NCBI RefSeq assembly: GCF_001194135.2
Contig: NC_068988.1
Location: 83,422,666-83,486,665, forward strand
Length of the DNA: 64,000 bases
Origin: Octopus bimaculoides
Lineage: Eukaryota
Reading direction: 5' to 3'
A program made the position numbers and the translations under genes. Under the pieces are notes generated by a model that ran no database searches, was not told the origin of the DNA, and saw only the letters and a program-made list of their open reading frames with translations. Shown piece after piece: positions 26,286 to 39,849 of this stretch; the stretch's first letter is position 1; each line of letters opens with the position of its first letter.

Positions 26286-28104
26286 AAATCCACTCACAAG
26301 GCTTTAGTTGACATGGGGCTATTGTAAATATTTATTCAACTGTCACGCAGTGGAACTGAACTTGAAAACATGTGATTATGAAGTGGATTTCTTAACCACA
26401 CAACCCTATCTGCACCTAAAACTACCTTTGTTCATAACCACCTCTTTTTCTAACTACCATTCACATCCATTACTGTTCGCTAACACAACATAAAAATGAA
26501 TTAGCTGAACATAGGAAAAGATCTAGAGCTATTTGTCTGTGTTTGTGAAATTTGGGGATGTATGACTGTATTTTACACTAGTATATGGTGGGGTTAAGTT
26601 ACAAAAGATGTAAATAAACTTAGCAAATCCAAGCTGAGGTCCCAGTGACAGTTTGGCTCTTCTAGTTCTTACAATTTCTGGTAGCTTCTACTTTTGTCTT
26701 CACCAGATATACTGTTACATTCCTCTGGATAATGAAAAGGGCAGCCAATAAGGTTATTTAAGCATCAAACAACACTGGTTGTTCTAGAACAAAAAATTTC
26801 TAAAACTTTTAGATAAATCAAATTTAACTCATAAGAATGTTTTAGTTTTGCTCTCAGTAAGATCAACAAACGCAACAAAAAAACAAATCCTGCTAAATAT
26901 AACTAACAGAGAGCTACACTGAGTCCATTGTTTCTGACAACAATTCTTAGTCAAGTTAAACATTTCTTTTGATAAGGTTTCATTAATAATTGAAAATGAA
27001 TTTGAGAAGTTACAAACCTGCAAACCAGTTTAAAGTATACCATCATGTTTTTTTTTCTACAGCTGTCAAAATGAAGTTTTGAACCTCATTTCAGTGTCAT
27101 GGTAATAGGGGCAGGTGCTCCCAGACACAGGTTGTGAAAGCATGCAAAACTTCTTGTTACTGTGTGGTGCAAAAATTGCCATGGTCCAAGGTACTGAGGA
27201 CTCTTAATTATACCACTGTCTTGATCTTACTGGTTTGTGAGGAACTAGAAAGGTTATGGGCACAGCCCTTTTCTCCCACATCAAGCTATTAAAAAATAAT
27301 GTATGGCAGGAAATCCTGGAGTCTTTGCACCAGCATATTAACTTTCCATTTGTGTTTCCTTTCCCAAATCCTTAGAATCTCTGGGAGAGAAAAATCAACT
27401 AACAGTTAATTATTTTGCTGCAATATCTCATCTGTACAGAACTTGTTGAAGCAGTTGGTTTGGATATGTCTGCTATATGAATGATTCAAGCATCCTTAGC
27501 ATTTAATATTTTTAGTGAAATTTCAACCAGAAAAGCTTTTATTATTGCTTTACATTCGGCAATCTTTTTTTTTTTTTTAAAGTCTGCCGGAAATGAAGAT
27601 TGGCTTGAAAAGGTGGACAGATGCTTGGAACATAGTGATCATAGGTCACCTTGTTCTAGGTAGATTTTGATCTAACAACTACATTACAAAGAATGAAAGA
27701 AGAAAAACAAAAGATGATATTTATTAAATTGATAGACAAATAGAGAAAAAACACTGGGCTACAGACTCCTGAAATATTTTCAATTTCTACAAAAATATTG
27801 TCTATTTCTAAGAGACGTAATGGGTGTGAAATTAAGATGTTGGATTATTGACCACATTGTCTAGAGTTCAAAACTTACAGCAGCCATTCAGTTAGCTCTC
27901 TAAGCTTGGCATGTTCCTCTATAAACCCCAGTTTGCCCTGACGGACAAAAATCAGGTTCTTCTGCTTCATAGTTGAGTGTGGTTAGTAGTAACTAACAAT
28001 AGCATCCAGTCGTGTAAACAATTGCTTCAACAACAAAAAGAACCCATTTCATCTATGATTACTTGAAACATAAGATATAAACAGTAAAACCCAGAGGGAG
28101 TACA

Positions 28105-28145
<41 letters not shown>

Positions 28146-28479
28146 CGTGTGTTATTCACCATTCACCTCTGTGCAACACTGACTTCTGCCAAATAGTGTG
28201 TTATCACAAAACAAGTAATCAAAGAAATCAGTTGGTTAAATTCAAGGCATTGTTTGTAATGTGTGTATGTGCACATGGGCAGGAGGGGGTGGTAAGTTAT
28301 GAGAAATACACTTGAACTTAGCACATAGCTATGATAAAAGCCATAACTGGGATGGGAGCGGGGGTAGCATTGTAAACTCACAACAGGTATTCATTAAGCA
28401 AGAGATGTTCTACTACTCATTAGTAGGTACTTTACCTATGATATCACTGTAACATTGTACCTACTCTGCACAAATATTG

Positions 28480-28830
28480 TCTGTACTTGTATTCATGGCA
28501 TTGCTGCATGGCTGTACTTAGTCTATCTGCAACCTTGCTATATGGTTATACCTGGTCTGTCTGTCATGTTTCATGGTTGTGCTTAGTTTGTCTGTTGTAA
28601 AATAGCTCCCCAGTTGTACGTAGTGTCTGTGACTTGCTACATATGGGTGCTTTGCCTGTGACATCATTGCATCATTGTACCTAGTGTGCGTCTGATATCA
28701 CTACATGTGCCTGTACCTATATTTATGACATTGCTACATAGTTGTATCTAGTTTGTCTGTTGTAACATAGCTACACAATTTTACCTTGTGTGTCTATGAT
28801 ATTGCTACCTGGTTGTACCAGGTTTGTCTG
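28480..28830. repeat. Degenerate ~40 bp minisatellite
   Basis: Recurring cattgctacatatggttgtacctagtttgtctgt variants. Confidence 0.65.
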
Positions 28831-29822
28831 TTACATAATTAAACATCTATATCTTGTAATTTATTACTCTATTGCCACCCATTACTATCACCTTTATCTC
28901 ATCAATTTGCCTTTTTTCATCATACACTTGCTCTTTCCACCCACCCACCTTTACCTCCTCTACTTTTGCTGATCATTCTCTTGTCACCACCCTTACATGT
29001 CCATACCTTCTTCACATCATACTCTTCTTCCTTTGACCTTTCCACTCATTCTTCTGGTCCTTCTGATGTCATTCATCTCTGTCTGTCTCTCTTCCTCACA
29101 AAAATCCATTTCTGACCTTTCTGTTGTCATTGTACTCTGTTGTTTACACAATAGTGGTTAACTGTATGAACAGAGAAAGTGAGGTTATGAGATTCCCCTT
29201 GTCCTGTCTCACTGAGGGCTATTCAACCTCTTTAGTGTTGGTACCACAAGAAAAAAAGGCACCCAGTACACTCTGTAAAGTGGTTGGCATTAAAGGCTTC
29301 CAGCTGTAGAACCAAGCCATATGACTTGTATGAGCAATGATACTTTGGGGGCTGTAGTTATGTGGCTTACTGTGACAACCCATCCAACCCATGCCAGCAT
29401 GGAAAGCAGATGTAAAATGATGATATAGTTAATACTTACTTGTAAGAGTTGTTCAGCTATTCTGTTCTGTTAATATTAAATGTTACCTAATTTGGGTTAC
29501 CATGTCCAAGGGTTGACATTTTTTTTTTTTTTGGTATTTATGGTGATTGTCAGTTAGGTCAAGTTGTTTCCAGCACTTGGACCATGATTCTATATGACCC
29601 TAAATCAAACTGTTCCCTGCAGCTTTCTTCTTATCCCACCCCCTGCTAATGTACCTAGATCTCTGTCACCTTCTCTGCCATCTTAATCTTACTGTCAGTT
29701 TGTTTATCTATCCTGTTCCTTGTTCAACTGTCTCTCTCTCCCACTCTTGCTCTGTTCCCTACCTCACCCCTACTCTTTTTTACTCTCTCCTCTTATACCT
29801 CTTCTCTTATTGTTCTCTCCCT

Positions 29823-29858
<36 letters not shown>

Positions 29859-30284
29859 GCACAAAATCCCCCACCCCCGTCTACTATCTCTGTTATCTGA
29901 TACCTTTACATTCCAATATGTATTCGGTAATACTATACTAGTAGCTACTCTCTAATCTAACACATTCCTACTGCATAGTGGTGGTTGTGGTGGAGTCAGT
30001 GTTGGTAGGTTGATGGTAGCAGCAGCAGTATTGATGTTTGCTGATGTTAGCAGCATAAAGCAGTACCATATCATTTGGTATTATGCACTACTGTACAACA
30101 TACAGAGTAACATCATTACCTGATACTGTTCTATAGTGTACGATGTAGTACAATGCTAGTTGGTGGTGTTGTATACAATATAGTACAGTACTATGTTCAC
30201 CTTGATAGCTGAGGATCAGGGGCCTCAAACACAACCATTATTCCTCACCACACACTACAGTAGTCTTGTGCTATATTCATACAT

Positions 30285-30345
30285 TCTCCCAAGATCATCT
30301 CTGTCCAGTCTTTGATGTCATTGCTCCATCTATGTCTTTGTTACC
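30285..30345 (-). mobile_element. Highly decayed RTE-like RT C-terminal fragment
   Basis: The minus strand reads RHRWSNDIKDWTEM, resembling the RW.D.IK.WTG motif at the RTE ORF2 end. Confidence 0.5.
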
Positions 30346-31514
30346 TACGGGTTTGTTATCCATGCTTGTAAGGATGTGAGCACAGAAGTTCTGAGCTCTG
30401 ATAACATAGCCAAACTACAGCATACACAAGACTGTACTCTTCTGTAGTTTACAATGTAGTACACTACTATTTATGTGGTGCATGGGTCCACAGAGGTCTT
30501 GGCATGCTCACATCACCTGGGGGTACAAGATAGCATTTCATGGGGTATGACAGAGAGGGAAACTATATACTTCATTCAATCACTTTTCTGAATAGAATTA
30601 TTAAATTACTCTAAGAAATACCTTTGTTGTTTTAAGCACAGAGAAAACTTTATTATTTCACTGTACAGTATGCAGTTGAATTATAAAAATAAATAGTTAT
30701 TACAAAATCAACTTTTTCATTTTCAAATGGTGGTTTATGAAAATTAATTTTGGTGGTTTATGAAAATTAATTGAACATTTTCTTGGAGTGTGTGACATAG
30801 AAAAGGTTTTGAATTGCTGATGTAGTGTATAGTCTTGAACTGTGTCTGAGTCAAACAATCGTTATACATTGATTCAATTACATCATTGTAGAGTATTCTC
30901 ATTGTAAGACCTTAAAAAATATTAAATTTCTTTTATTCTTTAATAGTGTCTTATACTGTAATGTATCAGAAAGTTATTTTAAACTTCTGTGGCCTAATTA
31001 CAGGCACAATTCCACTGTAGGGGAATTGCATTAGTGTCTCGATCACAGAAGTACAGTATATAAACAAACAAGCGATTATGTAATGATTTTTGTGTGTGTT
31101 CAACCTTTTCATTACCATATTTCTGTTGAAGTACACTGTCTTTATCCCTCCAGCCATTCATCTTCTCTGTCCACTATTCCTGGTGTGGGTGGAGTCTGCA
31201 AGTACCTCCTCTATAGGGTCCTACCACAAACAACTGTCATTACACTTTCCAACTGGATTCCCAAGGTAACCAACTGATTAGACTATGGATATTATCCAAC
31301 TGTCTTCTTTTTCGTTTATCCCTTGGTCTCCTGCTGATTGGCTCAGTTTGAAGAATTTATCTTGCAGTTCTTTCCTTTGACATTCTAATCACATGTATGT
31401 TTTAGTGGAGAGATAGCAGCTCAACCTGGAGAGATTGCCTGACTCCAAGCCATACACCCTGTTGAATAACATTACTCTAGAGTTGCTTTAGAGGAACCCC
31501 ATTTTAGCTACTTG

Positions 31515-32492
31515 TATTTGCGATTATACTCCTTCAAACTGGACGTAGTTGATAGCTTCCGATATCTGGGTGACCAAGTTAGTAGTGGGGGAGGGTGCGC
31601 TGAAAGTGTATCTGCTGAGGACATGTGTAAGCTCGCAAGGAATGAAGCCAGTATACTCCGATGGATGTGTAATGTCAGTGTGCATACTCGACAGAGTGTA
31701 AGTATCTTGAGAGAAAAGTTGAACTTAAGAAGCATCAGTTGTGGTGTGCGAGAGAGACGATTGCACTGGTATGGTCATGTGGCGAGAATGGATGAGGATA
31801 GCTGTGTGGAAAAGTGCCACACCCTAGTGGTTGAGGGAACCCGTGCAAAAAGGCAGGCCCAGGAAGACCTGGGATGAGGTGATGAAGCAGGACCTCCGAA
31901 CATTAGGCCTCACCAAGGCAATGAATTGTGACCGAGACCTTTGGAAATATGCTGTGCGTGAGAAGACCCGACAAGCCAAGTGAGACCAAAATCCAAGGCC
32001 TCTGCCAGGGATGTAGCCAGCCCACTTACATGTAACATTCCTTCTTTGGACACTAAACTCCGCTTGCGAAGAACTGTTGAGGCAAGTGAAATCGAAATCG
32101 AATTAAATTTGTAGACTGGCACCCATGTCAACATCTCTTCATTCAACACTAAACTCGGCTTGCGAAGACATGTTGGGGCAAGCGAAAGCGAAATCGTGAT
32201 GGCACCTCTACCAGTAGATCACTAAGAGCACCATCTGAGCATGATCGTTGCCAGAGCACCAGCTGTCTGGCTTCCATGCCAGGGGCACGTAAATAGCACC
32301 ATTTGAGCGTGATCGTTTCCAACGTCACTCTCCTGGCACGTGAAAAGATATTCGAGCGAGTTCGTTGCCAGTACCGCTGGACTGGCTCCTGTGCAGGTGG
32401 CACGTAAAATACACCATTTCGCGCGTGGCCGTTGCTAGTACCTCCTGACTGGCCTTCGTGCCGGTGGCACATAAAAGCACCCACTACACTCT
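31515..32492 (+). mobile_element. 5'-truncated RTE-clade LINE (RT C-terminus plus 3' UTR) in a TRIC intron
   Basis: LDVVDSFRYLGDQVSSGGGC..., LARNEASILRWMC, LREKL, RERRLHWYGHVARM, then a frameshifted GRPRKTWDEV-like segment and LWKYAVREKTRQAK*. The 3' UTR matches other copies in the window. Confidence 0.9.
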
Positions 32493-32849
32493 TTTAATTT
32501 AGATCACTTTATAGTGTAGCTCATGTCATAGACCTAGGGGCAGTCATAAGCAGGTTGTTTACCAAAAGGGTTTATAGCTTACATGACTTTATAACAATGT
32601 AATTGTTCCAGTTTTGACACATAATCTCAGTTCAAGTCACTTCCTACCAAGCTATTAAAACTATACTTGCTTCCCAAATATATAGTTTTGGGGTACAGTC
32701 TATTTGAAATTAATTTTGCCATTGCTGTAATACCCAAATGATATAAACTATGGAGAGCACAGAAAACCTCACACCATTATAAGTGAGTCAGTAGAGTGCA
32801 ATGGTAATAAACAAAAAAACTAAAGATGATGGTTTTGATGTCCAGAGTT

Positions 32850-33060
32850 ATAATAGTTTTTCATTGTCTGTTTCATCTATAGCAATCTGTTGCAGGTCAA
32901 TAGCATCAGTGGAATGCAAGGCATTAATATAGACATGAGATAAGGTGTCTGCTGTAGAATTATCAGCACCTTTGACATATATCCAAAGTAAATTGTAAAA
33001 TAGAATGAAAATTGCTGATATTTCTAGGAGAGTATTTATCAATCTAAGAATGCAATGCAT
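32850..33060 (-). mobile_element. Ty3/Gypsy pol fragment (RNase H end and linker)
   Basis: YVKGADNSTADTLSH matches the Gypsy (H/Y)V.G.DN..AD.LSR motif, followed by IDLQQIAIDETD.EKL. Confidence 0.7.
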
Positions 33061-34536
33061 GTGTTAGTGTATATGGCTTATGGTCAGTGTATATAATAAA
33101 AGTTCACTCTTTTAAGAAATGTAAAAAATACTTCACAGATAAAAAGCAGCCAATAATTTTCTTCCAAAAGAATGACTAACAGCTTGTAAGGTGATAGCTG
33201 ATGACTTTCATGAATTGCACAAAAATTTGACAGGTTATATGCTACAAGTTGCTCTTGTATTGACTAGTAAACAGTGCTTTGAAATGGTGTCATGGCCAAA
33301 AAAGACGCAACAAACTGATTAGTCCATCCAGAGATGTGGTCACAATGAAAACATTCTTTGAGGACTGTAAGAACACCTAAAAATTCTCCAACCACGAGAA
33401 TTTGAGTGTCTATGGTATCTTGAAAACCACAACTGCTCAAGCTAATCTGTTAAAGTTTGGATTTTATCATCAGTCATGCCAACTCAGAGTATATTGAAGA
33501 TACAAAAGTGGGCGAATAAGTTTCAATATTACTGGTATTCAGAGGAAATATCCATAATACCATCTGCTATCTCCACTAACTGGGTAATTGAACTCTGCTC
33601 TCTTAAGTCATTAAAATGGCTTGCACATTTGAATGGAGGCACAAAAAACAAAAGACTTGTTATAACATAGATTCTTCAATCTGTCTTCAACCAAACCCTT
33701 CATTCTTAATAGGTGAGAAGGCTTTTTATCTCTTAAAACTTCCTTATAAAGAAGTTAGTGAAACCTCTTCTGTTTTGACGTAGAGATACATCTTAAAATT
33801 TTTACTTTCATACTTTGGTAAGATGTGGTGTCAATGGCTGGTGATTAAATCTTTGACTTCATTGCTTAGGACAGGAGGCAAAATTGTAACTTAAAGGTGA
33901 AACTGGTGCATATTGGAAAATATCTTTTTAGCTGTGAAATTGGCTTCAAGCTGAGAAAACCAGATGGAAGAATTTCCAGTACAGGTAGCAAAGCGAAGGA
34001 TAGAGCAACCTGTATTGCTCAACTGTTGCACTCCAACACCAGATCAAAAGCCTACGCATCTGGTTTGTTTGTCTTCAGCTTAAAAATTGCTAACAAGGAA
34101 AAGAAATTTAATAGACTTGGAAATTTTTCTCTCTGAAAAAGTAAATTTTTAGTGTGGGCAGTTTAGCTTAATGGTTCAGAACATCGCGACGCGTAATCAT
34201 GGAGGTGTGAGTTTGAGTCTCATAGCCGGATGCCAACACTTTTCTCAGCAAAATAGGGGTAGCTTATCCTGTTCAGGCTATATTATTAGCATTATCCTGC
34301 ATTTGAGAATTTAAAATCACTTCTTTAACTTTCTAAGACATCTCAACGCTTCTAAAGCAAACTTCGTTTGTTTATGTTCGTCACATTTTGAATTTAAATT
34401 TTTAGATGTTTTAATTTTATTTTATTCAATATATGTGCTGCTTGAGAAGATTATGATATGTATGTGTATGTACATATGTTTGTGTATGTGTTTGTATATG
34501 TGTGTGAGTGTGTTTATCAACTTTTTTCTATTTCAG

Positions 34537-34721
34537 GTATTTGATATTTTACTCACCATTCGACATAGTTTACAAACTAGTCAAATTTCTACCATTCAAA
34601 CTGTGCATTGGAACTCTAAAGGAAACTCAGAGAGCTCACAAAGTTTACCATGGTGTCACCTACACAGCCAAACTCTTCCCACATGCCTACCTACTTATTG
34701 TAATAATTGGTACTGTTAAAG
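34537..34721 (+). CDS. TMEM38: TRIC/TMEM38 coding exon
   Basis: tttcAG|G acceptor and AAAG|GTGAG donor; 185 nt, in phase with the previous exon (TG+G=Trp). Encodes YLIFYSPFDIVYKLVKFLPFKLCIGTLKETQRAHKVYHGVTYTAKLFPHAYLLIVIIGTVK. Confidence 0.95.
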
Positions 34722-35845
34722 GTGAGAAAATATATATTCTTATTGTTGAGTGGGTGGCTTTTGTCAAGCCTATGTTAGTAAGGTAGCTACTGCAGAACAT
34801 TCAATGGTGTTTAGTGGTGTGGATGGAGCCACATAATCTCTCTGAATGAGTAAGCAAAGTGAATAAAATTGGTTTTATATGTCACTGGCATAAGTGTTGA
34901 ATAGAAGAGTGAACTCTTCTAGCTACAACTACATTGAGAGTTCATAACTGATCACTAGTATAGCAAAATACTGAGTATATGGGTTTCTAAACACAGTATG
35001 ACCTCTGGGTGGTACTGTGAAAAAATTACAGCTTAGTGCTGGGTCTCTAGGTTTGATCTTAACCTTTTTAACTGTAAATTTTCTTCTCCCCCACCCTCTT
35101 TAGTGGAATGACTAAACACTTTAGCATTCAGGTTACTCAATCAAAAGCAATGTTTATTTATTAACATTCTTGATATGACTGGTTTCAGTGTTAGTTAAGA
35201 ATTCTTTCATTTATTGTAATTTAACCACTATAGCAATAGTGGGGAATATGTGTGGTATTGATTGGATAGAGTTTGGTCTGGGGAGTGGGTGAATACTGTT
35301 ACTTTAACCAAATTTGAGCAGAACTTTCCACCACTGGCACTTATCTATGTTCTATGTCAAGAATGTCCTGTAGAGTAAATGAGGTATTTTGAAGCTTGTT
35401 TTTGCTGGTTAATAACTAGAAGCCATTACTCCATTATAAGAGGATTTAAACTCAGTTCTGCAGTTTAATGGCATCTTTATGCAAGGACCCCTGCTGCCAA
35501 CAGTTGTTAGTATTGTAAGGTACCAGTTTTTACTTTCTCAAAGACAGTATGCTGTACTATGATATATGAATAATCGACCCTTCAGTTAGCAGCCTAACCT
35601 CTTCATGGTTAAATCAATTAAACACTGGTATATCATAAAATTAATAACCACAGTTGACCACAGATTGATTATATCAGTAATGGTTTTAAAAGCTTCCTAG
35701 ATGAGGTGACCTTCTCTACTTTTGTGGAACTTTCTCCTTGATGAGGGCCTACTGTAGTATTACAAGGGCAGAAATATTGTACAAATTTACAAATCTGTGT
35801 CATTTTGAGGTAAAAAAAGTTTTTTTTTTCCTTTCTATTTTTCAG

Positions 35846-35933
35846 GAGCTGGAAGTGGAATCATAAAAGCATTTGACAGGTTTCTGCGTGGCATTTGGGT
35901 CCCAAATAGCAACGAGTTTCTGCAGCCTTCTTT
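35846..35933 (+). CDS. TMEM38: TRIC/TMEM38 coding exon
   Basis: Long polypyrimidine tract + cAG acceptor and TT|GTGAGT donor; 88 nt, phase-compatible. Encodes GAGSGIIKAFDRFLRGIWVPNSNEFLQPS, matching the TRIC KG.G...RL.RG.W.P..E...PS motif. Confidence 0.93.
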
Positions 35934-38034
35934 GTGAGTATTTTTGTCTTAACTTATGTGTAGAGCAGGATAGGTTGATGTAATCGCATTTATAAATAGA
36001 TTACAACTATGTGTCTTATCTTACTGATTATTCAGAGATTACAATTTAATGTTGTTTATTTCAGCTTTTGTCATTTTTATCTCTCCAAATACAGTTTCTA
36101 CTTCTCTATGGCCATCAGTTTTCCATTCTTTCCACTCATCTGCTTCCTCAAGTACATTACGTAGTTAGCTATGTCATGCAGCTATTATTTTTCTATTAAC
36201 CATAAACTTCCCCATTGGTTGAAACTACTGTTCTTGACTCTCGATTCGTTAACTTGTTTCCGGTTATCTCTTAGTCAGTAAGTCTATTTTACAAGATTCA
36301 TCATCATTGTTTTAATATCCACTTTTCCATGATGGCATAGCTCACAGAATTTGATGAAACAGATTTTCTGCAGCCAGATGCCCTTTTCACCAAACCTCAT
36401 CTGTTTCCAAGCAAGGTAACATATCCCTATGACTGGGCATGTTATGGAAGATTGAAAACAAATGATGCTCCATGTATGACACTTATTTACAACTATCATG
36501 CTGTGTCATTCATGCCATGTCAAGACAAGGACACACACATACACGATGAGCTTTGGTCAGCCCAGGGCTACAGTAGGAGACACCCAAGGTACCATGCAGT
36601 GGGACTGAACCTGAAACTATGTGGTTGGAAAGCAAACTTCTAAATCACACAACCAGGCTTGCACCTATGATTTACAGTTATAAATTTGGAACATCTGTAT
36701 ATTTATTTTTGAAGAAAGCTTTTTTTTAATAGTTGAATATCTCCTGTCTTACAGCTAACTTTTTTAATTGAAACAGTAGGCAGCTGTTATCAGCTAGGTC
36801 AGCTCTCTATAATCAAAAAAGATAAATCCTTTCAAGGTGTAGCTTACAGGGAATTTAACATTGCGTCTTGGAGCAAATTTCCTTCATTGCCTTTATGTAA
36901 ACATAGAACTCTGTGGAAATAACATTACTCATTGATTTAGCTCAGTAACTGAAATGCTGGTTCATAAAGTTTTTCGAAGTATATTGGCGACAAAGTAAAT
37001 ACATGACCTGCAACTGAACATTAAATGTGCAGTGTTCACTTGGTGAGTGCTTAACTCACCAGCAGCAACAAGAAGGGAGAAGAAACGTTCAGTTAAGTAT
37101 AGTAGCAGGAACTAGTAGGTTTGTCATGGTCTGCATTTGTATTGATCAAATGGGAAAGGTTTACCTCAAAATAATGGAAACCAAATTTTCAAAGAGAGTC
37201 ATCTCTACACTATCTTCTTTGTTGAAAAAAATAATAGATATCACACATACATCAACCAGTTTTTTTTAATTAAATATGATTGTTTAATGCCTTTTCTTCA
37301 TCATTACTAATAACTTGTGTAGATGCAATGTAGCCAAATGGTTAATAAGTCCGCTTCACGATCACAAGGTGTTAGGTTTGGTTTCACTGCATGGCATCTT
37401 GGCAAGTGTCATTTTCTATAGCCTCAAGTTGGCTTGTGTTTTGAATGAAAATTGGTAGACAGAAACTGTGTGGAAGCCTGTTGGATATTTTATACCTATG
37501 ATTCAAAGGTCCAGTGTTGTCATCATCCTCATTTAACATCTGTTTTCCATGCTGGCATGAATTGGACATTTTGACAAGCTGAAGAGCTGTCTGGGCTCCA
37601 TGTCTGTTTTGGCATGGTTCTACTGCTGGATGCCCTTCCTTATGCTAACCACTTTGGAGTGTACCAGGTGCTTTCTTGTGGCTGCAGCATGTGTGCTTTT
37701 TACATGGTACCAGCACCCACAAGCCCACAAGATTAGGATCACTCAGCTGAAAAGGGATGTAGGGAACATGCCTATATGCAAGGACAACCACTACCTGAGA
37801 ATTTACATTGAGGACACATGGCTGTGGAATACTCTACCTTTTAACATCTGTTTTTTCTATGCTGGCATACTAATCTAATGAACAAGTAATTTAGCCAGTC
37901 AAACAATTGAACACTCATGGTCAGAACTTCTGGCTAAGATTCATTTATTTATTGTTCACCAATAATTATTATTGTTAAATTCTTTATATTTTACTATAAA
38001 TACTGATGTACTATGTTTCTATCATGTATTTCAG

Positions 38035-38317
38035 ATACACAAAAGCTTGCTTGATTGCATCAATAATTTTTGTGCTGGAAAAAACCAGTGTGATTGAAGC
38101 TCCACATGCAGTGATCTACTTTGGTGTCGTCATTTTCTTTGTTTACTTCAAACTGTCCTCACTTCTCTTTGGAATCCATGACCCTTTTGTTCCATTTGAG
38201 AACCTATTCTGTGCGATATTCCTTGGTGGAATGTGGGATGCCATGCGTCGCGCTATCAGCAGCAGCAAGTCATCTGATGACTCTGGCAAAAGCAAGTCAG
38301 AGAAGAAGAATGATTAG
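38035..38317 (+). CDS. TMEM38: TRIC/TMEM38 last coding exon (to stop)
   Basis: tttcAG acceptor; TT+A=Leu. Encodes YTKACLIASIIFVLEK...APHAVIYFGVVIFFVYFKLSSLLFGIHDPFVPFENLFCAIFLGGMWD...SEKKND*. The C-terminal KKxx is the di-lysine ER-retrieval pattern expected of an ER/SR channel. Confidence 0.95.
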
Positions 38318-38488
38318 AACTTGAAATCAGGAATAGTGGCAAAAACATGGGTGGGAGATAGTAATTGGTATGTTTTTTTTTTAGTTTTTTTTTTTTTTTA
38401 TTGCAAGAAGTATTCAAGTTGGGCAGGGGATTGTCATCCGCAAGCACAATATAGGGGTGCCTAACATAGATAACTATATATGTATATG

Positions 38489-38519
<31 letters not shown>

Positions 38520-39477
38520 NNNNNNNNNNNNNNNNNNNNNNNNNNNNNNNNNNNNNNNNNNNNNNNNNNNNNNNNNNNNNNNNNNNNNNNNNNNNNNNNN
38601 NNNNNNNNNNNNNNNNNNNNNNNNNNNNNNNNNNNNNNNNNNNNNNNNNNNNNNNNNNNNNNNNNNNNNNNNNNNNNNNNNNNNNNNNNNNNNNNNNNNN
38701 NNNNNNNNNNNNNNNNNNNNNNNNNNNNNNNNNNNNNNNNNNNNNNNNNNNNNNNNNNNNNNNNNNNNNNNNNNNNNNNNNNNNNNNNNNNNNNNNNNNN
38801 NNNNNNNNNNNNNNNNNNNNNNNNNNNNNNNNNNNNNNNNNNNNNNNNNNNNNNNNNNNNNNNNNNNNNNNNNNNNNNNNNNNNNNNNNNNNNNNNNNNN
38901 NNNNNNNNNNNNNNNNNNNNNNNNNNNNNNNNNNNNNNNNNNNNNNNNNNNNNNNNNNNNNNNNNNNNNNNNNNNNNNNNNNNNNNNNNNNNNNNNNNNN
39001 NNNNNNNNNNNNNNNNNNNNNNNNTTGAGCAAGTTTCTGATTTAAATCTTTGCAAAAAAAAAATAATAATAAAAAGAACAAAAATGGATTTTAGAGAAAG
39101 ATAAAAGGCAGTCGCAGTGGATGACAGAAGAAAGCCAGTTTTGGTAAAAACATTTCTTTGCCAACAATTTCTGTCTCTTTTATCTTCTCTAAGTATATAT
39201 TTCTTTATTGTTGTCACTATTAAAAAACTCATGTCATTGTTCAGAATAAAATGCTGTCCCTCCACTACACACACACACACGCACAAACGCACAAATTAAA
39301 AACATACTAAAGACTGTCAAAAGAAACCAAAGTTACTATGATTTCTCTGATATATCCCCACCCTGTTATTTTTTCCAGGTTATTTGATGATAGCGATTTA
39401 AATTTAGTCTTACTCCAGGCAATCATTCACATACATGGAGATCATATTCTCTATATATATATATATATATATAAATG

Positions 39478-39779
39478 TGCTGTGCGTGAGAAGACCTGGC
39501 AAGCCAAGTGAGATCGTTGCCAGTGCCCCTGGACTGGCTCTTGTGCGGATGGCACATAAAAGACACCATTTCGAGTGTGGCCGTTTTCGTGCGGGTGACA
39601 CGTAAAAGCACCCACTACACTCTCTGAGTGGTTGGCGTTAGGAAGGGCATCCAGCTGTAGAAACTCTGCCAAATTAGATTGGAGCCTGGTGTTGCCATCC
39701 GGTTTCACCAGTCCTCAGTCAAATTGTCCAACCCATGCTAGCATGGAAGGCGGACGTTAAACGATGATGATGATGATGA

Positions 39780-39783
<4 letters not shown>
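39478..39783 (+). mobile_element. RTE LINE 3' end (last codons, 3' UTR and (GAT)n tail)
   Basis: Starts tgctgtgcgtgagaagacc.gcaagccaagtgag, as at the ORF end of the 31515-32492 copy, and ends aacgatgatgatgat. Related copies lie at ~10680-10888 (+), 22960-23280 (-), 49335-49640 (-) and 52643-52805 (-). Confidence 0.8.

Positions 39784-39849
<66 letters not shown>

Noticed and set aside
34156-34230. tRNA-like sequence
   Set aside because: The T-loop (gtttgagtc) and acceptor/anticodon stems are broken; this is a decayed SINE head, not a tRNA gene.
38274-38281. CTGATGA inside the TRIC last exon (also at ~33197, ~48664 and ~51986)
   Set aside because: No helix II followed by GAAA and no helix I pairing; chance heptamers, not hammerheads.
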